Assembly: GCA_976226885.1 (NCBI GenBank)
Contig: OZ320313.1
Coordinates: 70,866,001 to 70,930,000, forward strand
Direction of reading: 5' to 3'
From: Iphione sp. A-MEVVRFRX5
Lineage: Eukaryota
Length of the DNA stretch: 64,000 nucleotides
Every line of letters begins with the position of its first letter. Position 1 is the first letter of the stretch. Shown in pieces: positions 13,981 to 26,700 of this stretch. The position numbers and the translations under genes are program-made. The notes under the pieces are model-generated. The model worked only from the letters and a program-made list of their open reading frames with translations. It had not been told where the DNA came from and ran no database searches.

Positions 13981-16900
13981 AAGGTCTTCAATTGATCCAC
14001 TGGAACTACCAAGGAGCCGGCAAGAAGATCTCAACTATCCAACAAACCGTCATAGACGAGGATATAGATATACTCTGCTTACAAGACACTAGACTGAAAA
14101 GGACTGAGGATGGGCGACCAAGACTCCGTATCCCAGGTTTTAACATCTTTCACCATCCTGCAGGGGATGGACACCATGGGATCCTCACGGCCATACACAA
14201 TAAATACCCTGTAAAGGATGTTACCGACCAACACACCTTTGGCAACAATACAGAACATCTCAGTGTAATGGTACAGTTCTCCTCCAAGCAGGTTATTGTC
14301 CACAATATTTACCGTCCTCGAGGAGCAATAGACATAGAGACTGCCATGAGAGATTATAGAGCATTCATCATCTGTGGCGACTTCAATGCACACCATCTCA
14401 TATGGGGAGACAGACAAGACAGACACGGGGAGGACATCATGCGACAGCTGGAACATATGGGGTCACACTCCTTGCTAAACAATACAACAGCAACTCACGT
14501 GTCAGGCTCATCAATTGATCTAACCATTGTACACAAGGCACTCGCTGCCAGATCTACCTGGAAGATCCATCCACATCTCATCAGTGACCACTTTGCCATC
14601 CTCACGGAAATCCACCTAAAAAGGTCCATCCCTCTGATTACTCAAAATGTAAAGTGGAACCTCAGAAGAGCAGTATGGCCTGCCTTCAAAGAAGCTGTCA
14701 CAACTCAACTAAACACAAAACCCCATCTAGACTACACAGACCCTAACATACTTGCAAAACAGCTCACCAGTATCCTACAGACAGCAGCACAACAGACCAT
14801 CCCAACCACACGACCACCAAAACACCCACGACCACTCTGGTGCTCTGCTAGGAATGTTCGTCTCACCAAGAATGAGGTAAACTATAGACTTTGGAGGTTC
14901 AAAAAGGACAAAACACCAGAAAATCGACAAGCTCTGAGGCAGGCCCAACGAGTCCACATGGCCACCTGTGGAGAAGAAAAAACCAAATCATGGATAGAAT
15001 GGTGCAATGAAATGAACACAGTACCATCCACCACAGAACTATGGAGAAGAGTCAGACTAGTCAACGGAGTCTTGCCCCGACCCCCAATCCACCCAGACCC
15101 ACAAGCTAAGGCAGAAGAGCTCTGTACAAACTTTGCAGCACGTTCAAGCTCCACCAATCTCCCAGGTGAAACCCTCCAAAAACTGAACAGTGCTAACGCT
15201 GACAAGATCAACACCATACAGGAAGCGGCTACCTCACTCAGATCAACAGACACTCAAGCCCTCCATGGGAAAAAGGACACTGCACCTGGGGATGATGGCA
15301 TCAGCTACTCAATGCTAAAAGAATCACCACGCAAATTCAAAGAGGCCCTGCTCCAACTCTACAACCTCTCCTGGGAGTCAGGAGTGCTACCCAAAACCTG
15401 GAAGACTGCAACTATTGTGGCAATCCCCAAGCCCAACCAAGAAGGTGCCTTCCGACCAATATCCCTTATCAGTTGTATTGCAAAGACCATGGAGAGGATG
15501 GTCCTAGCACGACTCAACCACACAGTCCCAACATTCCACCAGAACATCCTGGGTTTCACCAAGGACAGAGGAACAGCAGATGCAATAGCAACTGTAGCCA
15601 ATGCCATCTCCAGGAAACGCAGAATAAACAAAACCACTGCTGTCTTCCTAGACCTGGAGAAGGCCTTTGAGCTTGCCAATGCCACTGCCATCTTGCACTC
15701 AATGGCCTCCTCTGGAGTAAGGGGTAGACTACTTACCTGGATAGAGGACTTCCTAATGGACAGGCAAGCAAGCGTCACCTTCCAGAACAACAGATCTAAT
15801 CCATAGGACTTCCAAAATGGTGTCCCTCAAGGAAGCTCGCTTAGCCCAACGCTCTTCAACTTCTTGGTAGAGAGACTAATGCAGGTCCAACTACCACCAC
15901 AGACCCAACTCATCGCATATGCAGATGACCTAGCACTACTCTACACAGGAAAGCATCCAGGGACAGTAGTACAACAAGCACTCAACACTTTGGAGGCTGA
16001 GACCAAATCTCTTGGCCTCAAGATCTCCACTGAGAAAACAAAGGCTATGCACTTCTCCATAGCAGCCCCCAACTGCACACTACATCTGAATGGAAAGGAC
16101 ATTGAGTGGGTCAAAGAATTTAAGTACCTGGGTGTGGTGCTAGACCGACTCCTGACATTCAACAGACATGCAGACTATACTGCCAAGAAGACAAGCAAGA
16201 GACTCAATGCCCTGAGAGCAATATCATCCTCAGATGGAGGAGCAAACCCCCGAGTCCTACGTGCAGTCTACCTTGGAGCCATCCGACCGATCCTAGAGTA
16301 TGGAAGCCCAGCCCCCACAACGATCTGCAAGACAGCTGGGAAGAAGCTGGAACGACTACAGAACAGTGCATTGAGGACCATCCTGCGACTGCCCCCATGG
16401 ACCAATACAGATGCAATGAAGACAGAAACAGACATACACCCACTACATATACGCCAACATACACTAACAGCAAACCTCATCTGCAAGAGCATGACACAAG
16501 ACAGACACCCCCTACATCAGACAGTAAGAGAAGCACTAGAAACACCTCAGCACTGCACAACCTGGGCAAGCCAAGCAATAAAGATCTGTGGGCCCCTTCT
16601 CCCCCCAGAACTTGTGCCTGAGCCCCATGAGGAAACCCGACCACCATGGACAGGAATCTCTATCAAGACCGAACTGCACAAGCCCTTCCAGAGGAAAATG
16701 GATGAGAATCCAAGCTCTCTCCGAGATGCAGCCCTCCACCACATAGAGGAGATAACCTCTCCGCGAGACCTTCAGTACTACACTGATGGATCTGTTATCC
16801 CGGGAGGACAAGCAGGCTGTGCCTATGTCTCACCACATGGAACCAGAGCCTTCAGAGTCTCAGACCATTCATCCACCATCCAGACAGAGCTTGCTGCAAT

Positions 16901-17600
16901 CCTTAGGGCAGTGGAAGATTCAGCCACACGCAACTACACCAGAGTTATAATCCACACTGACTCACTAGGTGCCATTCAGAACCTACAGCAACACAGACCA
17001 AATGACAACATTCAACTAACTAACCAGATCCATAGTACAGCAGAAACAGCAATGGCCAGGTACCTCATCAACTAGATCCCAAGCCATGTGGGAATACCTG
17101 GAAATGAGGCAGCAGACAGAGCAGCCAAGATAGGTGCCAGGAAACCACATGTTGACATCAACATCCCCATGAGCAAAAGACAGATCAAAACCAAGATCAG
17201 GCAACAAGCTATGGACCCATGGAATACACAAACAGAAGCAAGTGCATCAGCAAAATGGAACAAGCAACTCCCAAATGGCAAGACAACACAAGTAGACATT
17301 CCAGCCTCCTTCAGAACTTCAATTGCCATGATGCGAACAAGAACAAGAACATACCGAGAGATAACAAGAGACTACACTTGTCCCAGATGCACATACCCAG
17401 TAAACCAGATGGTTATCCACTACTTGGCTGACTGCCCTGCCCTACAGAGAGAACGACAGAAGCTTCTGGAACACTTAAGTGAGCAGCTGCACACAGCCCC
17501 AGTAGATGACCTGGCACTGCACATCCTAAAGTCACAATCCCTCAGGCACTACCAGGAACTGATTGCCTTCCTATGGAAGCACCCACTGCAGACTTGCTAA
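13977..17600 (+). pseudogene. ORF2 (APE endonuclease - reverse transcriptase - RNase H - CCHC) with two in-frame TAG stops
   Basis: ORFs 13977..15806, 15864..17075 and 17088..17600 are all in one frame. EN motifs: HWN, LQDT, GDFNAH, IDLT, SDH. RT motifs: RPISL, FLDLEKAF, GVPQG, YADD, KYLG. RNase H motifs: TDGS, TEL, TDS, IPSHVGIPGNEAAD. C-terminal CPRC-x8-H-x4-C. Stops at 15804-15806 and 17073-17075. Confidence 0.95.
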
Positions 17601-17623
17601 GCAATACTCCTCTGTAGACCAGG

Positions 17624-17674
17624 GGTGCCAGTTCTAGAGAACAGGGCACCTTCGACTGTCCTTGGACAGTCGAA
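17624..17674 (+). other. Two back-to-back RNA hairpins in the LINE 3' UTR
   Basis: GGTGCC-a-GTTCT-ag-AGAAC-ag-GGCACC, followed immediately by the perfect inverted repeat TTCGACTGTCC-tt-GGACAGTCGAA. Confidence 0.8.
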
Positions 17675-17679
17675 AACAA

Positions 17680-17735
17680 AAGAAGAAGAAGGAGAAGAAG
17701 AAGAAGAAGAAGAAGAAGAAGAAGAAGAAGAAGAA
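17680..17735 (+). repeat. (GAA)n 3' tail of the I-group element
   Basis: Near-pure GAA array starting about 80 nt after the ORF2 stop. Confidence 0.9.
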
Positions 17736-18733
17736 GGTGCGAATCTAACTTTCTTGAACGATGACCATCTTAATTGGGTCAACTACCCTAGAATTATTGT
17801 AGCCCTCACTATTTTTGTCAACCCCTAGGTTTCAGTCGATGGGAAAATACAGTGAAATCTCTTCTTGTACTTACCTCTACAATGAGGTCTTCTGCATCAC
17901 AAGGGTGTGGACCTGCAAGGTCTATTGTCCCCTACCTAAGTGGCCATTTCTTGCTTGGTTGCACCTCCTTTGATCAAACTGCTACAAGGTGGTGCTGATG
18001 GAAAGGGGGAATTGGTGAGTGTGTGTGTTTGTGTGTGAGGGCATTATGAGACCTAGAAGTCCACAAACAAGGTATCTATGTTTATAGGTGTGATAGGAAA
18101 AGGGTAAACTGACATAATTTCATCTTTAGAATACTTGAATTACTACCAAAATTGACTGGTGCCACGGATCCCCGTATATAAATATCATGCCTACATGAAT
18201 TGTACTTCACTTTTTCTTCATTTGCCTTACAATAAATATACTTCAAACTCAAGTTTCTTTTTATTCGACCAACATAAAATATACTAGATACTCAAAATAC
18301 GGACGGACCACAAGCTTTCGAAAAGAGAGCCATAAAGCAACCCTTTGAGCCCGTCCTTTTAAATGGACAACTCGTATTTTATCCGAGGTTAAGATCTTTA
18401 ATCATTCCTTATTTGCAGTCTACTTCACTACATATGTACAATGTATATAGCAAATGTTATTCTCTCTAGGTAGCCCAAAATTCATTCTCAAACACTGACA
18501 TATATCTGATCCTTAGCTAACTCCATCTAGCATTAGCTTCCCAACAGGTTTCTCTGAGATATTTTCAGCAGGATTACTTCAGTTTAGGTGCGAATCACAG
18601 TGCGACGTCCTAATTACGGACACCCTTTGTTGTTCTCCAAATCATCGGCATTTCAGACGTGGCTGCATTATGGATCTGTTAGTAGCATATGCAGTGTCTG
18701 TTAGTGTCTTCCTAAATGGATGGCACAGCATGT

Positions 18734-18807
18734 AAGATTCCTAAAAGTGCTGAATTTGATCAGTAAAAGTCCTAAAAGTGCAGAATTTGACAAGTTAGAG
18801 TCTTAAA
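18734..18807 (+). repeat. 31-bp tandem subrepeat, copy 1
   Basis: cctaaaagtgctgaatttgatcagtaaaagt repeated about 2.3 times with period 31. Confidence 0.75.
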
Positions 18808-20711
18808 CTCCTGTGTCCGCTACCTTAGAAACACCACTTCAAACAACACTCTCAGCTTGGACATCTAAGGGGTTGCACTGACAGTAACACCTATGGCATG
18901 TGAAAATGGTTTATGAGGCCTCCCTGCTGACCCAATCGCATGTGAAAACATATCGTTCACAGCCTAGACCCACCTATTAGTGGTCTACACCTGCCAATTC
19001 ACAGTCTAGACCCCTGACTTTTACCGTCTAAACCTGTCTGCAGGGGGATGCTTCCCCAAAATGAATGTCCTTCTATATGCATGTACATGTAGGTTATGTA
19101 TAGAAAGAAACTTGGTTCTTCTCAAAATTGTCCACATTTGGGATGCATCCGCTTTGTAGATGTGTCTACGAGGGGACAGCCCACTGTATATATGTTCACA
19201 TTGTAACCTTGTTGGTCAATTTGTGCCAAGAATAATTGTTTTGTTTATTCTTCTGCCACCGTTTCATTCACTCAAACTGCACCAGTCCTTATTTCCCTTT
19301 TCTCGTCACCCATTCTCCTCCTTGCACAGCCTGAACTCTACCAGAATCGACCAGTCCCTTTACCAATTCTTAACTGCAGTTCCAAAAAGCATTGAGGACC
19401 TCTGACTAATCTCCACATTTAACTTTGAAGTTTCGGTTTACCTTGATTATAATATAATTTCAGAAACCTCTCTATTTCTGTTTTCAGGTTCGCAATCATT
19501 CCTATCCTCACTGTTCTTCCATCTTTTGGAACCTGCTCTGTATACTCTCCTTTGAGAAAACAACTGCTGAATTTCTAAAACCTGGATGGTTTTACACTTA
19601 GCTTCTATACTGCATTTCGGCTTCAGGCTCTGATAACGGATCAAACAGAAAAATAACTTCGAATAATTTCTGGTCAACCAAAAGCCAAATATATATTCAT
19701 GTTTGAATCCCCAAGTATATTTGGCAAGACGGTAACACATGCAACAAAAAACCCTCATTTCTCCATACACTTTGAGGTTATCCTAATGCATCGACCTACA
19801 GATCACTTCAGTGCCCTCGCTCAGGGTTTAGATCTTCGTTCTACGCACTCAAGACAGCTTCTGGGTTGACATCCGCTCGTCCATGCCTTCCCTAAGAAAA
19901 CGCAAAGACAACTATATCCATGCCCTGTATATGGAGTTTTCTTGACAGGTATGTGTTTAGTCTTTCGAAGTAGGACCTTAAAACTCCGAGGAATAAAAGA
20001 CCTAGCATAAGTCATAAATCCTCATCCCAGTGGCTCATTTTCCTCCTATTGCTGACATTATGTATGCAAGGTTTTTTTCCTAACCGCCCCTTTCAGTAAT
20101 ACCTTTCATCCCTAGCAAAATTAACGGAATTATGAATTACATTATTGTGGATTCTCTTCATTTTGCAGCATTTGTAGAAACCTTTTCCAGGACAGACATG
20201 CCAAACAGTATGTCTCTGGCTGCGGATATTGTTGGAATTTCTTTAGGATTCATCCTCGCTGTTGTAAATGGAATCCCATATATTTTGTTCCTGACTTCCT
20301 AGCTGTAACAGAAGTACAGATTGACTTTTCAAGCTTTAGTGTATCTTTTGGCCTAATTATACAAGATTGAGCTGTTCCAAATATGTGTAACTTTGATGAC
20401 AGCACAGAAATTCTCGCAGGTTTGGTGAAAATTGGGAAGCGGGACGAGTGTTGCAGGAAGGATAATATGACTAACCGGCCACTCAGTGAGTCTACCACCA
20501 ACCATGTTCAAGTCAACCTCCCGCCTCACCTCTTGGTTAAGGATTTAATAATATTATCTATAAAACGGTTAGGTAGGATAGGGAATTGTAGTGGCATACA
20601 TGTATATATATATCTATATCTATTGTCTAGGAATTGGTGGTATTTAAAACATGTAATATAAAACTACATAGGCAAGACAGAAAAATACATTCGTGTTTTG
20701 ATTCAGAATAT

Positions 20712-20862
20712 NNNNNNNNNNNNNNNNNNNNNNNNNNNNNNNNNNNNNNNNNNNNNNNNNNNNNNNNNNNNNNNNNNNNNNNNNNNNNNNNNNNNNNNNN
20801 NNNNNNNNNNNNNNNNNNNNNNNNNNNNNNNNNNNNNNNNNNNNNNNNNNNNNNNNNNNNNN
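20712..20862. other. Assembly gap (N run)
   Basis: Run of N. Confidence 1.
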
Positions 20863-23691
20863 CACATACTCCTCATCCCTCAGTAGCCGTGGTAGTTGTG
20901 GCTATAATCACGGTCAGCGGCCCCAGCCGGTGGGCTGCAAAATGAAGGAGGGTCAGTTACTCCTGCAGCAACTACTACAGAGAGCCTTCCTGTGCCTCCT
21001 ATCATCGCCTACTGCCTTGGCGGCAAGATTAGAGACGGCGCTGCATGTAAGTTAAGCTATGGTTCGTCAATCTTCGGTCAACTTCGCGAGCTTCCATGGA
21101 AAACAGGTTGCTCCAACGTGCCAAGAACGCCACTTACGACTTCGACATACCCAAGTTCGTTGGCGTGGTGAAGTTTTCACAGCCAGGTCTCGAATGAACT
21201 GATGTCTAGTGGCTATGGCTTCTCTCACAGGCCTTGGAGAGGAGGTAGTGGTCAAAGGTGGATGGTGCAGACAGACATCCATCAAACGTAGGTGTGACGC
21301 CGCGTTCTCCCATGTGAATATAATTAGGAGGGCATTGGCAACTTCAGAGCAGAACCCGGGCTTTGATATCGATAGGTACCACCACAGTGAGCAGGTATAG
21401 GTAGCCTCAAAGTGAGATGCAAGCAGGTATGGGCTTTCGTGGGGAGTCAGAAGCAAGTGCGGCCACAGTTGACAAGGAGGAATACGTCCATGTCACCCTT
21501 GGTTCCGGTCAACTCAGGGTTCGTAAGATGGCCAGCGGTCATTTTTACCCTGTTTCGTAAAGAACTCTGTTCTGAGTACACCTGACCCGAACTGGGGTGT
21601 TGGGGGGATTAATAAGGTGACCACAAAGAAAGGTGTAGCGTACTTCCAATTTGAACTGTGATCGATCAATAGAATCTCTGTTGATTTAGTTACCCGGTAA
21701 GCTACTTTGCAATACTAAAACTGGAATATGACACAATATGTAGACTATATTATCTGTTATACTATGAGCATCTCATCTCATTCCAATATCACCTGGCTAA
21801 GCCGTTAATCATTCAACCTTAGTCTAGTAATAAATTCCATATTATGTAAGCCGTCGCTAGGACGATAATTGGAATTAATAAATATTATTATTATTATGCT
21901 AGATCATATAGAATTATATATAAACTCTAGCAGGCGTCAACTTTTACAGAATGGCGGCTTCCTGTTTATTCCTAATAAGGTAATAATGTTGATGTACAAA
22001 GGAATGGCACTTGGTGTATAAACAATATTTATGAGCATGCAAAGTTGTCAGGTGTGTTTAAAATAATAATTGGGAGCATACTTCGTTGTCGTTTTCCGGA
22101 CAGAGGAGACGTGCGATCATTATATACATATATGTAGAAATATACACATATATATGTACAGGCCGACAGATAGAGACAGACACAAGAAACATACATATTT
22201 ACTGCACTTAATCTGAGTCCATTCGCTGTTTTTCTAATTTGATTCAACGATGGGATGAATCCTGAACGAAAAGATATACATGAACTGCACGGAATAAAAC
22301 GCAACAAGCTTTCTGCAAGTTGTCCTAGCCTTGAGTCAAAAATCTCCATTCTACCCTAGAAGCAACGAAATTTCATGATGTGTTGCTAGCTAGATATTAA
22401 ATATATCTTTCTGGAGCAAAGGCGATGGAAATAGGTCTCCGGACTACAAGCAACTGTTTTTTTTCTTCTGATTTGATCAAAACTTTAAGAAAACGGCCGG
22501 CTGAACTTGAAAAACACGCTGGTCGCTGGCAAGATGTGTTCTATCCGCTGATCAAATGAGAGGGCCATTTACTCTATGTGAGACCCAACTAATTCTTGTA
22601 AATAGTCATGGAGCACATTTCAGTCAAGGGAATTCGCTATGACCAAAACAACTTCGAGAAGATACTCACCAGGCAGTCCTAATGCAACAACAGACTTGCA
22701 CACTATTTGTTACGTACAGTATTCATGCAATAGTCGGTACACCTTAGTTTTCAGTGAAGAACGCAGTAAAAAATCATTAAAAGTAAGGTTATATCTTACA
22801 AATCCCTATAACAGTCATATGCACGAGCGTTACAAGAAGGCCTTTTGCCCACATCAATGGCCTAGTAGCCACTTAAGTATTATATGGACTATGGCTGCTA
22901 GGCGGCCGCGGCCACCGGCGACGTTGCCTTCAGTAAGCCGATGGGGCTGATTCCCTCTAATGCAGTTGTAATGTACAGGAAGTCCTTGTGGATACAGTAT
23001 AGGTCTTTGGGGTCGCTAAGGGACCGCAGTGCTGTCCATTGTTTATAACACTTCTGCTTTACGCATCGCCGTACTCATGGGGACGTATGCCTCCCAGAAC
23101 AACCCCCCACTGTCCTCAAAGCAGTTAGCAAAGTGGACAGATTCATTCATAATACATATGTACATACTGGCCAGGTCACGGCGGCCCAGCGCCACTTGAT
23201 ATTGACAATATCTGCAACTCCTACACCGCTCTGCGTGTGAGCAGCTTATACCCCAAGGTGTTTATGGCACAAGCAACTAGACACGAAGAGCATTCTTTTC
23301 CCTAGCATTCTTTTATCGGACGTAACGCCGAATTTTTGTGTTTCCCTGTTTCCTTCACCCATCCAAATATATTGTAATGTGATATGGGAAAATAAGATGC
23401 ATCTGTCAAAGAAATCTCATGAGGCAAGAAGGTTACTGTAGAGATTAAAACCTTTGAACGGCACGCGATGTCATGTCAGCTCAACTCTACTGCCATAAAA
23501 CCTTACGGTGGAGAAGATATGATCAGATATGATAAGAATTTGAAAGATGCATGTCTCGCTAATGGGCATAATGATACTACAATGGATGTGTGTGCATCAA
23601 AATTGCCACATAAGGTCTGAGTAACATATACATGTATAAGAGTTCTGATGGAATAGAGGAAATCTAACGGGATTAGGAGAATATCTCAGCT

Positions 23692-23786
23692 TTGATAATG
23701 GTAACAAGAATGGTAACAAACTGAGAACTCTGGTGCCTTGATAATGGTAACAAGAATGGTAACAAACTGAGAACTCTGGTGCCTTG
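23692..23786. repeat. Perfect 46-bp tandem duplication
   Basis: ttgataatggtaacaagaatggtaacaaactgagaactctggtgcc occurs twice in tandem. Confidence 0.9.
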
Positions 23787-26700
23787 CTGTGCATAATTCA
23801 TGCGGTTTGCTAAGGTTGACGCGGACACTAATGTCATCTATAATAAATGAGCAAACGACGGCCTGGGACGATGTGCGCACTTCATTACTGTTGACGAGAA
23901 GGGGGTTGATATTTGCTTCAAGGTCCGCACCGTCCGTAGGAGCTTGGGTTGGACATCACTACAGTGGACGTGGAAGAAATGGCCTGCATTCACGACGCAT
24001 CATAATAGAGGCCCAGATATATGAGCCAATTTTAGAATGTAGCTCCCCTCTCATCATCCCCCCTGCCACCCTTCATTAAAATTCCATCGGGAGGCTTCCC
24101 ACAAGCACGCCAGGGCATGGGCAGGGTAGTCTCTAACTTTCTATGCTCACCTCACTACATCAGGCTCCCTACACAGTTACCTTGCATGGTACCAACGGTT
24201 TGGTCCCAGCTGTCAGCTACACACGCAATTAAATTTTCATGGCGTGAGAGCGTGACGGGATAGGTGCATGGATACCAACCGTCTTGGTATAACCACCCTT
24301 GCCTCCAACGTTCTTTCCTTATAGCAAAGTGTGGATCTTACCACTAGCCCCAGTGCCATTGAGAATCTACTGCCACATTACGTCCGCTTGGTACTTTACA
24401 GTTTTTGTGTTTTTTTTTTTTCAGCGGACGCCTCTGTAATCTTCCTCTCTGTGTGCCATCCCAAGGGTATAGATTCTTAACGTCTAGAATTGGCTCGCTC
24501 GGCTTGCTGCTCCTACACCCCTTCTCACTATCCCATAACCTGCCGATTTGCCCACAATCGTTTCCTCTAAGCGTGATGCACACCTGCTACCTCCCTCCGG
24601 TTGGAACCCGTCAGGATTTACATTTTTAAATCAAATTCAAACTAAATCTTTACAGGAACACCACTTATTTTTGTAAAAAAAAAGTTAACTTACGGTTATG
24701 AATCTTGTGAATCACTTTCCTCTTATTTTTCCTTTGTATAAACCTTTTCAGAGGATTATCAAATATCATTAAAAAAAAAAAAAACGTTTCTTCATCTGCG
24801 AAATCCAATCTTGCGCCTTTTCCTGACTCCACGCAAATAAAAAACTGTGGACTGAACGTGGCTACGAATGTGATACTGTGCTGAAGCCCAACGTCTGACC
24901 AGCACCGTTGTCGGTCACATACAATCGACCGAGATCGATAACTTCCTATGGTCTTAATAGAACTTCATAACGGACAGCTCCCCCCCCTCCCCCAGCCCAC
25001 CCCTAAGTTGCTCACCGTCAGCTTTTCCAAGGCAGTCAGGATCTGAAATGCCTTGAGCGACGAATCAGTGGTGTACTTAATCACGCCTGCTCTGCGGCAT
25101 TTTGTTTTTTGGGTAGCGAGCACAAGTGAAGGCGTCGATAATTGAGCAACGCCATGCACTGATGCTATATAGTCTAGGTTTTATTTTGCTGATAAAGTTG
25201 TCGCAAATCTCCTCAACGGTTGTAATTAGCTCTTCTTATTCCCTTAGGGGGAGACAACGATTTCTTCAATAAATCTAATTTACAACAAGTACCACCTACA
25301 CTAGCACCACATATGAGTATTCATACCCGCAGAATGTTTCTGTCCGCCAGCTGGGTAATCTGTCCCCTTGCCTGCCAGTATGTCTGCCTGTCTGTCTTGT
25401 TTCCTAGTACACGAAGTTTCCAGTTGTAAATGCTAAAAAAACACATGGAAAATGGTAATCAAGAGAAAAATCTATGTTCCCTGCATTATGTCAGATTTTT
25501 CTGATGACATGCACACCTGACCAATATAAATCTCCTTGATATTACAAATTCCATACCACGAAGATGTTTAACAATGCAATGCAAAAAAATACGGCAAAAA
25601 TTCCAACAACAACAGACAATACCACTACTATAATAAAAGAAATACATGTAACAGACTGCCAGCATAGGAAAACATAACAAGTTAGCCATTTGTGCCAATA
25701 ATCATACATGAATTATGAACGACGCTCCTAATTACGGATTGCCAATTACATCATGTTATCGCCATGTACTATCGGTATGTGAAGTCATGTAATGTCTTCT
25801 TGGGGGCGAAAAACCTACGAATTATCATGACAGGACGCAACGAAGAATGGGATGTATCAAGGAAGCCTGTGTTCTCACGTGTAATACCCATGTGAAGCGT
25901 AAAAAAAAGGTGTATCATAAATACAATATCCGTCGTAAGGCGCTATTCAACGATCAATGCGTTCTAGACTAAGAACGCTTACTATCATAAGGGAAATTAG
26001 GACATTCTCCAAGTGGCCCGAGATAAGCTGGGAGTAATTGATCTCTCTCATTGTTTCATCATAAAAGAAACGTGAGGAGCACACAGGCCTGCCGGATGTC
26101 GCAAAAAGAAGTGGGCGATACCAAGCATGAAATTAAAAATGTGCCCATTCCTTCACCTTTCTGCATATACTTCACAGGAAGGGAGGAAGCGGAGACGGGG
26201 GCGGGGGAGGGTACTAAGTAGAGACCAAGTGAAGCATGCATTCGGCACGCGTATATATATATATATATACTGACGTATTTGCAAGAGTCTCTCAGAGACA
26301 ATCGAGAGAAAAGAATGACACAAAAGAAGAAAGGCCGTCAGAGGAGCTGCGACTATATGATTCATTGTTGTCTTCTAATCAGTGGCGTGCAATGGTCGCC
26401 GCTTTTTTGCCTGCACTTCATTTAAATGTAAATCACATGAGCACAAAAAATGCAGCTGCAGTCCATCGCTATCTGTGAATTTATGGAAGGCAGTCGGGCA
26501 GCTGCTAGTGCTGCCCCCTGAAGGGTGTGGGCGCAGAGAAAAATAACTACGATGGGCAACTATCGTGCAGCGTTCAGCCCCCTAATGGAAATTCCTTCTC
26601 CCACTGTTTAGATAACACAATGACACTTCGGCACTGTGCATGCCAATCAATAGAGCGATTATGACTCTCTATCGCACCGCTTCGGCCCTTCCCCTTCCCC

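Larger units (their letters stand above)
12410..17735 (+). mobile_element. Near full-length non-LTR retrotransposon, I group (I/Nimb-like, RNase H-bearing), inactivated
   Basis: Gag-like ORF1 with CCHC knuckles, then ORF2 with APE endonuclease, RT, RNase H and a C-terminal CCHC, then a short 3' UTR and (GAA)n tail. The 5' end is estimated from a TCAGT initiator-like site and a candidate direct repeat and is uncertain. Confidence 0.9.

Noticed and set aside
12589-17782. Numerous antisense and off-frame ORFs inside the I element
   Set aside because: Shadow ORFs of a long coding region with strand-biased composition.
17625-17828. Poly-Glu and poly-Ser ORFs
   Set aside because: These are translations of the LINE (GAA)n tail.
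19150-20700. Possible decayed LINE on the minus strand (KYMGFHL motif)
   Set aside because: A single weak motif; the surrounding frames gave no consistent RT pattern.
23692-23786. Short direct repeats (46 bp here; 30-31 bp elsewhere) as a CRISPR-like array
   Set aside because: Head-to-tail duplications with no unique spacers, in a eukaryotic context with no cas genes.
25016-25091. Possible minus-strand exon (GVIKYTTDSSLKAFQILTALEKLT|GTGAGC)
   Set aside because: Good donor but an A-rich, poor acceptor, and no similarity to TANGO6 or anything I recognise.
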